Shown piece by piece: positions 22,127 to 32,394 of a DNA stretch of 64,000 nucleotides (the stretch's first letter is position 1; the number at the start of each line of letters is the position of its first letter). Both the position numbers and the translations under genes were made by a program. Below the pieces are notes generated by a model that did not search any database, was not told the DNA's origin, and was given only the letters and a program-made list of their open reading frames with translations. Source of the stretch: Flectonema sp. DT1601 (Eukaryota); NCBI GenBank assembly GCA_964019425.1, contig OZ025800.1:1-64000 (forward strand). Direction: 5' to 3'.

Positions 22127-23812
22127 TTAATACTCAAAGATGACAGAAGCAGAAGTCTTAATATTTAAGACGGTATGCCCCCAATTTCTAGGAACGAATA
22201 GAACTTCTCCAGAACTCTGAAAGCATGTAAAATCGGATTTCTTAAATCCATTTTTTATTGATGATCGAATGAATGACAGTCCAGTTTCGCGGCTGAAAGT
22301 TGCGAAAGCAGGAGGCGAAAGTGTCCATCGCTTACGCCCATAAACAAGAGAAGAGAAGACTTCTCCATGAAAATGAGGGTTTGCTCCAGAAAGGGGAGGT
22401 CCAAGAGACCATTCTGTGAGAACAGGTGAACTGAAAGAAGACTGCAAAAATGGAAATTCCTCAGTATCTGAGAGTGCAAACTTATCAAATACTCGGCTGT
22501 CAAACACAAACGGGGCTGAAGTAGCAGCTTGCTTTCCACTTTTAATCTTATCAAAAGAATCATCTAACATGGCTATGAATTCCTTTATAGTAACTCTCCT
22601 TGCTTGCTCACCATAAACTGCAGGATACGCGATCTCTCCAACGTCCACTTCTTCATTTTTGTAGTTGGTGAGAAGACCCGACTTGCTCCAGCGCTCTTTT
22701 GCTTCCCAGCCGTCTAAGCAGTCAGTCAGAATTGCTGGTTGGTTTGGCACAAGATGCTTTCGGATGAATTCCTCCTTGCTGATTGTGCTACAACTTATCT
22801 TAGCGATAGATGAGCAACCATGACCGTCGTATTCTTCGGCAGTTTTCATGTCTTCCCAACCAGAATTTATTGAGTACTGGTTTACTTGTGTGTGCTGTTC
22901 TTCTGTTCCCTTTGTGGCTAATTCGAAATCATAATCAGGAAATGTTTCTTGAAGAACCTTTATGATATTTCTGTGACCATTAAGCTGAGCGAGTTGGGCA
23001 GTAGTCCACCCGTAGACAGGAGCATTGACTGCAGCAAGTGAAGTAGATTCACAGTTAGCAAGAAGATATTTAAAGGTCTGCAAAGTACCATCGACAGCTG
23101 ATGTATGAAAACTATTGCGACCATAATTATCTACAGCAGAACACAGAAAGCCAAGTTTTAGCATTGCTGCGACATCCTTACTTCCTTGTGCTGCTGTCAG
23201 TGTAGCGTATGTCATTGGGTTGGAAACACGACTGGCCTGTAAATCCAATTGAGTCAAAATATTTGATGGGATCGGTTGATTGCGTAAAGCAAATGCGTTG
23301 TAAATACGCGCCGTGCCTGCTGCTTTACTGGTAACAGCGTGGTGTAAAGCAGTTCTACCATTGTCATCAGTTTCGCTAATACAGTACTGCCAGTCAGACT
23401 GATCACCGTACTTTCCCATTAGAGAAATGGCCTTCCAATTTCGATACCTGACCGCGTGGAATACAGGACAAAGTATTTCTCCCCTTTTCGAATACAACAG
23501 CGTGTTGTCATGTTTAGTTAGTAAGGTTTTTATTACCGTCAATTCACTATTCCCTGGCATCGTTGCCTGATCAAACTTTCCTTGCAATACAACGTGCAGA
23601 CACCCTTCGTTGTCTAAAGTATAACGAATCAATTCGGGTTCATTGTATAACATGATTTCAATTTTCTTCAAGTCTCCATAATAGCATGCTGACAGTAGCT
23701 CTTCTCCTTGTTTATTGAATTGCTTTGGTTGTATAAATTCTGTTTCGGAAAATCCGAATATAATGGCAGTCAACAAAGCAAATATTCCTGCAACATAAAA
23801 CCACATAGACAT
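22127..23812 (-). CDS. Ankyrin-repeat + JmjC/cupin domain protein with N-terminal hydrophobic segment
   Basis: Ankyrin motifs GRTALHHAV, GRNSFHTSA, GWTTAQLA. JmjC motifs NPHFHG...VYGRKRW and FVPRNWGHTVLN. Likely ATG at 23812. Confidence 0.8.
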   Translation of the reverse strand: MSMWFYVAGIFALLTAIIFGFSETEFIQPKQFNKQGEELLSACYYGDLKKIEIMLYNEPELIRYTLDNEGCLHVVLQGKFDQATMPGNSELTVIKTLLTKHDNTLLYSKRGEILCPVFHAVRYRNWKAISLMGKYGDQSDWQYCISETDDNGRTALHHAVTSKAAGTARIYNAFALRNQPIPSNILTQLDLQASRVSNPMTYATLTAAQGSKDVAAMLKLGFLCSAVDNYGRNSFHTSAVDGTLQTFKYLLANCESTSLAAVNAPVYGWTTAQLAQLNGHRNIIKVLQETFPDYDFELATKGTEEQHTQVNQYSINSGWEDMKTAEEYDGHGCSSIAKISCSTISKEEFIRKHLVPNQPAILTDCLDGWEAKERWSKSGLLTNYKNEEVDVGEIAYPAVYGEQARRVTIKEFIAMLDDSFDKIKSGKQAATSAPFVFDSRVFDKFALSDTEEFPFLQSSFSSPVLTEWSLGPPLSGANPHFHGEVFSSLVYGRKRWTLSPPAFATFSRETGLSFIRSSIKNGFKKSDFTCFQSSGEVLFVPRNWGHTVLNIKTSASVIFEY

Positions 23813-24159
23813 TACAACAACGCGAGTTCCCTGCTTTGAAGAAATGGAATAAAAAACAAGTAGATATATATCGTTCAAAAAAAAAGGACGGATCGCTACT
23901 TGGCTGTAACTACCAGAATTGGAAATTAATCTCAAATTGTCGTGTGAATCACAAACAGAAATGCAAGGGCCAGTTTAACATCGCAACCATTGCTCCCCCT
24001 TTCCATCTTTGATTTTATCACGTGTATGAAGTCAGAAAGATAATATTGTTAAGTTAATTAAAAAAAAACTTCTCAGAATCTATCAAACTTCCAAATGAAG
24101 TGACGACTGGTACCTGTCGTTGAGGTAAATAGAACATCCGAAGGTCGATAGCGACCTCC

Positions 24160-24934
24160 CTAATCTTGTGAGTTGCTTTGCTCCAGCTGTCGCTGTTCCC
24201 TGAGTTGCTCGTAATCAGGGTCATCTGTCATTAACTCATGTCTGCAATATGGACACGTATTGTGAGAAGAAATCCATGGCATTAAACAATCTTCATGAAA
24301 GTAGTGTCCGCAGGGCATCTGAAGACAGATATCATCTGACTTCCATTCTTCCTGACACACAGAACACAGTTCGGGTTTTCTGTTTATTTAGTTTATCAAT
24401 GCCAGCAGGTTTTTAAACAGAAAAGTAAACAAAATAATCATACGAATCACAAAAAGCCTGATCGACTTCGAACCGATTTAAGGCTTCGATTGCCTCAGCC
24501 GCGGCAGGTGGAGGACCAGTTGGCCCCTCGTGAAGTAGCTGATGAAGTATGTCTGCCATTGTTCTGTTTCCAGCTCCTTCAAATTGTGGTGCGAATCCAT
24601 AGTTGCCCAGCAACGTGTCGAAGTCAGCGGAGTTACCTGCCCCTGCAGGAGTGGCTAAATTATCCATTAAGGTTCTTAGCATATTGTCATCTCCATCCCC
24701 TCCAACAAATACACGAACATAATTTTGTTGCCATCTTTGCATAGGTGATGCTTGCTGTGTCTGTGGTTGTGGCTCTTCCCTTCTTCTCGAAAATTCCTCT
24801 ACTTCTCTCTGCTCCTCTCCATTCTCTATAACTTCTACAAACGATCCATTGCACACCTGACAAGAGATATCGCCATCGCTCCCAACTGTTGCTGATGCTT
24901 CAGCATTGCAGTCGTGACACCAGTAACGCGACAT
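24160..24934 (-). CDS. RING-H2 E3 ubiquitin ligase (RNF115/RNF126-like), one intron 24380-24443
   Basis: N-terminal YWCHDC..CQVC zinc ribbon and GPPPAA motif. Splicing the GT-AG intron restores CSVCQE...PCGHYFHEDC...WI...CPYCR. Confidence 0.88.
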
Positions 24935-25310
24935 TTCTCTTGCAATCCTGGAGGTTCAAAATAATTAGAATGTTGTGTTAGTCTAAATAATTAAATCAAA
25001 TCAAATAATAAGAAGCTCATCAAAAGATATCACAAACGATTACCTGAAAAGGAATCATTAATTTAGGGGAAATTATCAGTTTGTTATCAACACTGCCGCA
25101 CTGTATAAATAATCATAACAGCATGCAAGCGCCGTCTGTGGGGGGTATAAGCCACGGAATCAAGGCATGTCAGTAGATAATATTCAGCCTCACAAACTTA
25201 CAAAAAGAAAATAGCGCATTGGAGTCAAGACAACTGCTCAACGCGTAGAAGAGGAAACTGAGCCAAGCTAAGGCAGAACATGAATGGTGTAAGATTGAAA
25301 TACTGTTTCT

Positions 25311-26468
25311 TTATTTTGTTAACCGATTAAGAATAAGTGTGGTAAAAGTATTTAACGTTTCAAGTAGCAACAGCAACAGAAGAGAGAAGCAAATCCCGAC
25401 CATAAAACCTGTCTCCGCATCCTCAATGTACATACTAGCTGCGTAGCCATAACCGAGTACAAAACCGTGAGGGATTCGATGACCAATACCACAACAACCG
25501 ATGAAGAATGCAATGATTAAACCAACTGAGAGCGAATACGGAATTGCCTTCAGCTGGTCGTTGTCGGGGTCCACACCAGGAGTGAACCCACCTGCGACGC
25601 AGGCACCTATTGCAATACCGACCCCGATGCAGTTGTGGATTTGAGACATAAATAAATGAGTCGCTGCGATCGTAGTAGCTGTTGAGGAAATAGCAGATAT
25701 TCCCAACAGTAGGTTGATAACTATTAAATTCTTTTTGACAGGCCTGCGAGTATCATTTGGATGTAATGCATTTAATGTGTACTCAGTAGTTGTCACCAGA
25801 GACAAAAAAAGCATCACACAACCAGCTGACATTAAAACAGAAGCGAAGCTCGTCTGGAAATGGTTTCTCGAAGTGCAGAGAACAACTAATGCCGCGTGAG
25901 TGACAGCAAACAGCGACAAGATCAGGAGTAATGCCCAGCCAACTGAGACGGATTCTTTAATTTCCGCTCTGTCTACCGCTGCTGATGTCATGAAGTAAAT
26001 AATACAAATACCTCCCGAATATAATAGTGTTGATACTGCGACAACATGTTGCTTTAAGTTTCTTAGCTTTTCTAAGAATGGCCTTTCCTTCCCTTGATGA
26101 AGACCGTTAGCCACTTGCTCTAAAGCTTCCCTGTCAGCTGCCCGTATCAAGTTGTATGCGGCTGCTCCAAATGCTGCTGTTGAGATGAGTGATGCAATAA
26201 GAAGCTCAGCCCTCACTTCTCCCCAACTGTTCTCTACCTTCATACAGAAGTGTAATATCGAGTAGCTGCATAAGATACCAACAGCAGAGCAAAATGATTG
26301 CAATGCAATCAATATAAAAGGGTTACTTGGTGGTTCGGCGAACACAGAATTCGTTGCAATACGCTTACTCTCCTCCCACAACAGTGAGGACGCCTGCCAC
26401 CCAACTCCTAGAGGAATTAGCGAAAGACCAACGATTGACAGATTATGATCAGCAGATTCCGACGACAT
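25311..26468 (-). CDS. Multi-pass membrane protein, function unknown
   Basis: 385-aa ORF with many hydrophobic segments. Confidence 0.65.
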   Translation of the reverse strand: MSSESADHNLSIVGLSLIPLGVGWQASSLLWEESKRIATNSVFAEPPSNPFILIALQSFCSAVGILCSYSILHFCMKVENSWGEVRAELLIASLISTAAFGAAAYNLIRAADREALEQVANGLHQGKERPFLEKLRNLKQHVVAVSTLLYSGGICIIYFMTSAAVDRAEIKESVSVGWALLLILSLFAVTHAALVVLCTSRNHFQTSFASVLMSAGCVMLFLSLVTTTEYTLNALHPNDTRRPVKKNLIVINLLLGISAISSTATTIAATHLFMSQIHNCIGVGIAIGACVAGGFTPGVDPDNDQLKAIPYSLSVGLIIAFFIGCCGIGHRIPHGFVLGYGYAASMYIEDAETGFMVGICFSLLLLLLLETLNTFTTLILNRLTK

Positions 26469-27249
26469 TTTCTATTGCAATTTTACCAACAAATATTTTT
26501 CCTGTTTCATGTGAACTAATCGTTCCGTAAAGTAATTCGAGCGAACAAATACTACTTCAGAATGAATCTGTGACTGACGAAGAAGAAGTTCTTCTCATCA
26601 GAGTAAACCTGACTAGGAAAGGAATTGTTAACTGAAGGTCTCTATTTGATAATATAATTTGAGTACAAACTTAAGGGACACTACTACACGCGGGAAAGAA
26701 TAGTTCTATTTGACAACTACTATTAGGACAATACTCAAAGTTACCAACAACACCGCACACGACCATCAGTGATAAGATGAACCAAAATAGGAAACAGTGA
26801 CTTTATTATCCTCCGCTCTTGTAGCGTCAAGACGAGAGTAGAATAACTCGCAGCGCATGTGATTTCTACCAAAAATATTTCATACGTGGATAAGCTTAAA
26901 GATAAAAACCATAAAATCAACCAAACGAATGAACACAAAAACAAATTTTCAGCGGGTTCCATAACACCACTAACCGATAAAGTAAACATTCCTTTAGAGC
27001 TTTCAAACAACGGAGGCTTCATCAGAAAAATATCACACGGGGAAGGTAAAAAGAAAATAAACATCTTGAGGAAGTATAATACAGAAAGGATGCGTGACTT
27101 GTCTCTCAAGTCACAAGCACTACAGAACATTGAAGTTAGCGAGTAACATCATTGCAGGGGCTCAGTTGACGACGAATACTTTTAACACCAGTTCGGTGGA
27201 TGGCTGCGCGGGAAAATGACGCCAAGTGATAACGGGAGTTACGCTATCT

Positions 27250-28521
27250 TCAAACTCGACAGAGAGCCTTTCTGATAAAAGTTCCATCTTTTGCCGCCTT
27301 TCTTAGAAACGGATGTTTCATTAGGTCGTTGGCTGTAGGACGCTGTCGGGAATCTTTTTGCAGTGTGCACTCCATGAAATCAACACATTCACGGGACCAT
27401 TTGTGACGAGTTTTCATACGGGGTGCACGTTGAGTAACGATAACATAAAGAGCACGCATAGGGGGGAGAGACATCAGAGGAGGTTCACCGTCGCACAGTT
27501 CCAGACCCATTATACCAATTGACCACATATCTGCTTTGAAATCGTATGGATCCCCTTTTATGACTTCTGGTGCCATCCAGTAAGGAGTTCCAACAACAGT
27601 TCTTCTCTTTGTAGCCTTTCCTTCAGAGAGCATTGTACAGAACCCGAAGTCTCCCAGTTTTACACGCCCACTAGTACTCAGTAAAACGTTGTCGGACTTG
27701 ATGTCGCGATGCATTCTTCCAGTCATGTGGAGGTACTGAATCCCTTTAAGAGATTCCTTCATTATGTAGGAAACTTGATCCTCAGAGAATCTGTGACCGT
27801 CTTCTATTAAATCAGTTAGCTTCCCACCGTTCATAAGTTCCATTGATATCCAAAGAGTGTTATCCTTTCTGTGGCATGCGTAGTAATCAACAATATTTGA
27901 ATGCCTGCAGGAGTACAACATCGATATTTCGTTCTCAAGAGCGGGAAGCTCTCTTGCCTCGTCCTTGATAAATATCTTTTTCAAAGCAACGAGTTTCCCC
28001 TTCGAGTTCATGGCCCGATACACTTCCCCCTGAGAACCGCCATCCAGCTTCTTGAGTTTCGAATATAACTTCGTAACGTCACCTTTGACAAGGAGCTCAG
28101 TAAGCTTATAGCGTTTGATTGGAACTTCCGATTTTGGAAACTTACTAAAAGAGTGAGCGAGATCAGAAGGATTAACATCCGCGTGCATAGTTCTGTAACA
28201 GCTGCAGATGTCATCGAAAGCATCAACAATCTCATCTCTTGTAAATCCATTTGATAACAGCATTGCTTCAAAATGAGGTGTCAAACCATTCAAACGAGGT
28301 TTTGTTCCTGTTGTGTCAATCGTAACGTGGACGTCATGCTCCAGGGGAGCTGGTTCTCCAACATCCGTATCACATAGTTTATCCGAGACTTCAGCTTCTA
28401 AAAGATCCAGATTCAATCCCCCGCCCCCTTCATTTGTAACTATGACACCAGGTTCGAATCCATCAGGTTCTCCAATCGTATACTCCTCCACCTCATCTAA
28501 CTTACTCTGTGCTTTACCCAC
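27250..28521 (-). CDS. STE20/PAK-family Ser/Thr kinase with degenerate CRIB motif
   Basis: GGSQGEV, VALKK, HRDIKSDN, DFG, GTPYWMAPE; VGEPAPLEHDVHV is CRIB-like. Start codon uncertain (GTG). Confidence 0.9.
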   Translation of the reverse strand: MGKAQSKLDEVEEYTIGEPDGFEPGVIVTNEGGGGLNLDLLEAEVSDKLCDTDVGEPAPLEHDVHVTIDTTGTKPRLNGLTPHFEAMLLSNGFTRDEIVDAFDDICSCYRTMHADVNPSDLAHSFSKFPKSEVPIKRYKLTELLVKGDVTKLYSKLKKLDGGSQGEVYRAMNSKGKLVALKKIFIKDEARELPALENEISMLYSCRHSNIVDYYACHRKDNTLWISMELMNGGKLTDLIEDGHRFSEDQVSYIMKESLKGIQYLHMTGRMHRDIKSDNVLLSTSGRVKLGDFGFCTMLSEGKATKRRTVVGTPYWMAPEVIKGDPYDFKADMWSIGIMGLELCDGEPPLMSLPPMRALYVIVTQRAPRMKTRHKWSRECVDFMECTLQKDSRQRPTANDLMKHPFLRKAAKDGTFIRKALCRV

Positions 28522-29087
28522 TTTGAATCAGCAACGCTGAAGGGTGCAAAGAAATTGCAGTTCCACAATCTTAAAATATCTGTAAGAAGTAATCGTAAAT
28601 ATATATAAATGAAAGATACTCTAAACGCTACTTCGCATCATCGAATGACTTGAGTACCAACACCTGTGGGAGATGTTAGAGTTTTGAAGTTATCACAACA
28701 ACACTAATGTAGATATCAATCTGAAACCGGGTAAATGAAAGGATGCAAATAAAAATAATATTTCTTACTACTGTTTCCCAAAGTGGGTGTTAGAATTGAA
28801 GGCATTCAATGAACAGACGAGACAGATCCGAAGTTAAGGAGCGGTGTTATCAGCAGAAGCCGCAGAGGGTTCTATCGCTTCAGTTGCGTCACAAAAAGAT
28901 GGCTCATGGTGTAGGGGAGTTCAACTCCACCGCAAACTATTAAAAAAGAATCGGCAAACTTCACTTTTTTACTAACTCACACTGTTTTATTTTATTTGTG
29001 CGCAACCGGTACAAAATCCTAATAAAGGAATAGGTTAGTTACGCTACAGTTCTCTTTTATCGAACAATGGGTTTGTAGGTACAAAAA

Positions 29088-30137
29088 TTAAATTCGATAA
29101 TCCCTCGTTGAAGAATGAGTACTAACAGCCATATCAGAACTTTCATCATCCAGAATGTCGAGAGGGATTCGAGTCAAAGTATCGAGAAGTGGAGTGAAGT
29201 CTGCAGAGGGTTCCAAAACTGGAGTTGTTTGTTTTTCGGGTGTCATTGAGAGTGAGCAGCGAAGAGACAAATTAAAGGGTGAAGCCCTCCGACCACTTTC
29301 AGCATTTCCTTGAATTCTGCGGCCCTTGAAGCCTTTTCGCTTCGCTGCCGAGCTTTTTAATTTCGAAGCCGAACGCTTTCTGATTTTAGCAGTGCCGGTT
29401 GTTAATTTCGAACTATCTAACGGTTGTGAACTTCTGTTTTTATGTGTATGAGGCCTCAAGTCGATGACATCTGAGGGAACAGCTGACAGACGACGGTCGC
29501 TGAGTGGCGCCACGTCAGTGTTGAGGAAACTCTGTTTCGTTTGAATTATGTTTTTGTCAGTTGATTCAGAGATCGGATCACAACTTGGCCACGTTGCTGG
29601 TTGGTCAGGATTGATAGTCATGCCTCCATAGTCATCTGAAAGTGAATAAATATATCGATCTGCAAGTTCTTGAAATTGTGAACTAACTACAGCCGCCTGA
29701 GACGTTGTTGGGGATCCACACTGTTCGCTCTGAAAAAGAGGATCCGCCTCAGTAAGACCTTTTACGTATCTCCTAATTATGGGAATTGAAGGGTTTTGAG
29801 TAAATGGTTTGACTTCGCGAAATGATTTCCTAGCACGTGAGTGCGCACTGTGCATGACTCGCTTTCTGTATTTCTGATGGGATGTCAAATCAGTAAAAGC
29901 AGCTGACTCAATCTGAAGGGATGATTGACCAATGCCTGGTGTGTAAACTTTCTTCCTCATATCACTTCCTCTAAATCGATCCATCAGAAATGATGTCGAC
30001 AGCGGCATCGTCTTTTGAATGAAGTCTTGCTCTCTTTGTAAAGTGATTCCTCCATACTCAACTCGTAATCCAATCGCCTGTTTCCTTTTCCCTGGAAATG
30101 CAGGCACAGGCCAAGGTGATATTTCATACTTGTGCAT
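29088..30137 (-). CDS. Hypothetical protein
   Basis: 349-aa ORF on the gene-bearing strand; no recognised domain. Confidence 0.55.
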   Translation of the reverse strand: MHKYEISPWPVPAFPGKRKQAIGLRVEYGGITLQREQDFIQKTMPLSTSFLMDRFRGSDMRKKVYTPGIGQSSLQIESAAFTDLTSHQKYRKRVMHSAHSRARKSFREVKPFTQNPSIPIIRRYVKGLTEADPLFQSEQCGSPTTSQAAVVSSQFQELADRYIYSLSDDYGGMTINPDQPATWPSCDPISESTDKNIIQTKQSFLNTDVAPLSDRRLSAVPSDVIDLRPHTHKNRSSQPLDSSKLTTGTAKIRKRSASKLKSSAAKRKGFKGRRIQGNAESGRRASPFNLSLRCSLSMTPEKQTTPVLEPSADFTPLLDTLTRIPLDILDDESSDMAVSTHSSTRDYRI

Positions 30138-30523
30138 GTGGAGCTGTTTCTTTGAAAGCGATAATACCTTTCAACTCGCCTAACATTAATACCAAAATAA
30201 TTCACATGTCCTCTTTTTAACGGACACTTTGTGCTTTTCATGTTGTATAGGGATAACATGCTTTCCGTTGAGATTCCGCCGCGGCCATCTTATAACGGCA
30301 GTGCAGCAGATTGTGAGATTATTAATAGGAAAGAGAAAGAGAAAGAGAGCGGAGCAATAATTAATATCGGGAATGTAAACGAAAGCATAGATTAGATACA
30401 TTTTGTTCAAAAATAAAAGCTTTTTAAGCATTTCAGGAAACAATGAAAAAGATAGGCAGCAGTACGCACTACATCAACATCAACTATTGATGTGATAAAT
30501 AAAACAGGGCAATGATATTAAAA

Positions 30524-31561
30524 TTATCGTAAAAGAAATCCTTCCTTGAGTGGATCCTTCGGATCGATTAGAAAAGTATTTGTAGAAATGATGTTCGCTG
30601 TTCCGGCAACTTCAGGAATAACTGATTCGTGTGGTCCGAAAGTAGTGGTCTCGTGAACTTTGACACTAAATGTGCTCCCTGTGATGCTTTCGATTACAAT
30701 TGGTACATCAGTTGGCATACCTCTCTTGTGATTGAGAGCAATTCGACCAGACACACCCGAACCTGTGGGTGAACGATCAACTTCACCATCTGCAAATATA
30801 CAAACATTTCTACTGTGAACTTTCTCAGTATTCGATTTTCCGATAAAAATAGTTCCGTAAAGAAAACTCAAATCACTTTCGAATGGATGTTTAATATCAT
30901 CAGAAGCAGACATCACAGCTTTCTTTATCTTCGATCCGGCTTCACTTAATTTTGAGACTGAAGCCGGCGTGAGGTCGAAATCAAATTTATTTTTTTCCAT
31001 ATCAACGTAAGCATAAAACGCACCACCATACGCCAAGTCGTATGTTACTTTTCCAAGCCCGTCAACATCAACAACTCTGTCCAGTCCAATAACGAAAGAA
31101 GGGACACAATGAAATCTGACCTTCACGTCCCCATCGTCACTGCGAGAGATATATGACCTAATCCTCCCACATGGAGCATCAATCTCTAGCTTTGATTTAC
31201 AATCGGGGGTCTGAGCAGCGAGAGTAGAAACAGCGATTATAGCGTGACCACACATGGTACTGTATCCCTCGTTGTGCATAAATAAAACACCGAAATCAGC
31301 GGAGTCATCATTCGGAGGAAGCATCAAACAGCCGTACATGTCAGCGTGTCCTCTTGGCTCGAACATAAGAGCTCTTCTCAAATGATCATGTTTGTCTTTT
31401 AGAAATCTTCTGTTTTCCAGTACACTTGCACCCTCTAACTCAGGATACCCTTCCATGATAACACGCAGAGGTTCACCACCAGTGTGAGTGTCAATTGTTC
31501 TTATTTTAACCCACTCCGGTGGTGGAGTGAAGTCTTTCAGTGATTTCATCTGAGCGAGCAT
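30524..31561 (-). CDS. L3HYPDH: Proline racemase family, probable trans-3-hydroxy-L-proline dehydratase
   Basis: DTHTGGEP, EPRGHADMYG, MCGH and DRSPTGSG; the Cys/Thr active-site pair is typical of the dehydratase subgroup. Confidence 0.85.
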   Translation of the reverse strand: MLAQMKSLKDFTPPPEWVKIRTIDTHTGGEPLRVIMEGYPELEGASVLENRRFLKDKHDHLRRALMFEPRGHADMYGCLMLPPNDDSADFGVLFMHNEGYSTMCGHAIIAVSTLAAQTPDCKSKLEIDAPCGRIRSYISRSDDGDVKVRFHCVPSFVIGLDRVVDVDGLGKVTYDLAYGGAFYAYVDMEKNKFDFDLTPASVSKLSEAGSKIKKAVMSASDDIKHPFESDLSFLYGTIFIGKSNTEKVHSRNVCIFADGEVDRSPTGSGVSGRIALNHKRGMPTDVPIVIESITGSTFSVKVHETTTFGPHESVIPEVAGTANIISTNTFLIDPKDPLKEGFLLR

Positions 31562-32394
31562 TTTGCTTTTAAGATGCTGCGTAAAAAGAAAGGTAATCCC
31601 TAGTAATGATACTTACAAGAAAAGTGTAAGAAATGATCTCAATAAGATCAAGGTAGTATCTGCGTCCCATGCGGTCTTTTGTGACTTAATGGCATTTCTC
31701 CTGCATTTGCTAATGTTGAGGGCAGATAGGGCTGAACGAAGGTGACAGGTGCAACAGTTTCTTTTCAACTGACATCAACTGTACCAGAAGTACTAAAAGC
31801 TAAGTAAGACCTTCCCTGCAAACACTGTTATAATGATTGCAGACATGTTTGTCATTGCTGTGAAAATATCCTTAACAGGGCACTTGGTTTCAACAAGGAA
31901 TAATAAGCAGTACTTTTATCGTCAGTATTTATGGATAACAGTCAATACTTTAATTGTTAGTTCTTTAGCAAGTCCAAATTATTGTCAACAGAAGAAGAAT
32001 TAAAAAAGAAAAAAGAAAACTGTGCTGCATCACCAGCTGAGGCAAAAAAGCGATTTAGAGATACCTGCTTTCGTTTTGTACTTTTTGTGGATTTTCTGAA
32101 TTAGTAACCGTATCCACCAGTCTTCTTAAATCAGGATACCCAAAATAAGAACATGTCATATGTATAGTAAAAGAGGAAGAAACAAGGGAAACTTGGATAA
32201 CAATAAGGCTAACGGGAGGGAAATGGAATAAAATCAAAAACGAAGAGTAGTTCTCTTGAACATAAGAGTGTGGTAAGTTGTTTAAATAAGTTTCTTTCAA
32301 ATAGTTCACCAAAACAAAGATCTCGCACTACTTCAACTAACCAGAATTGATCTGTGTGTATAATAACAGAATATTTAATTCCGATTTTATGTTT

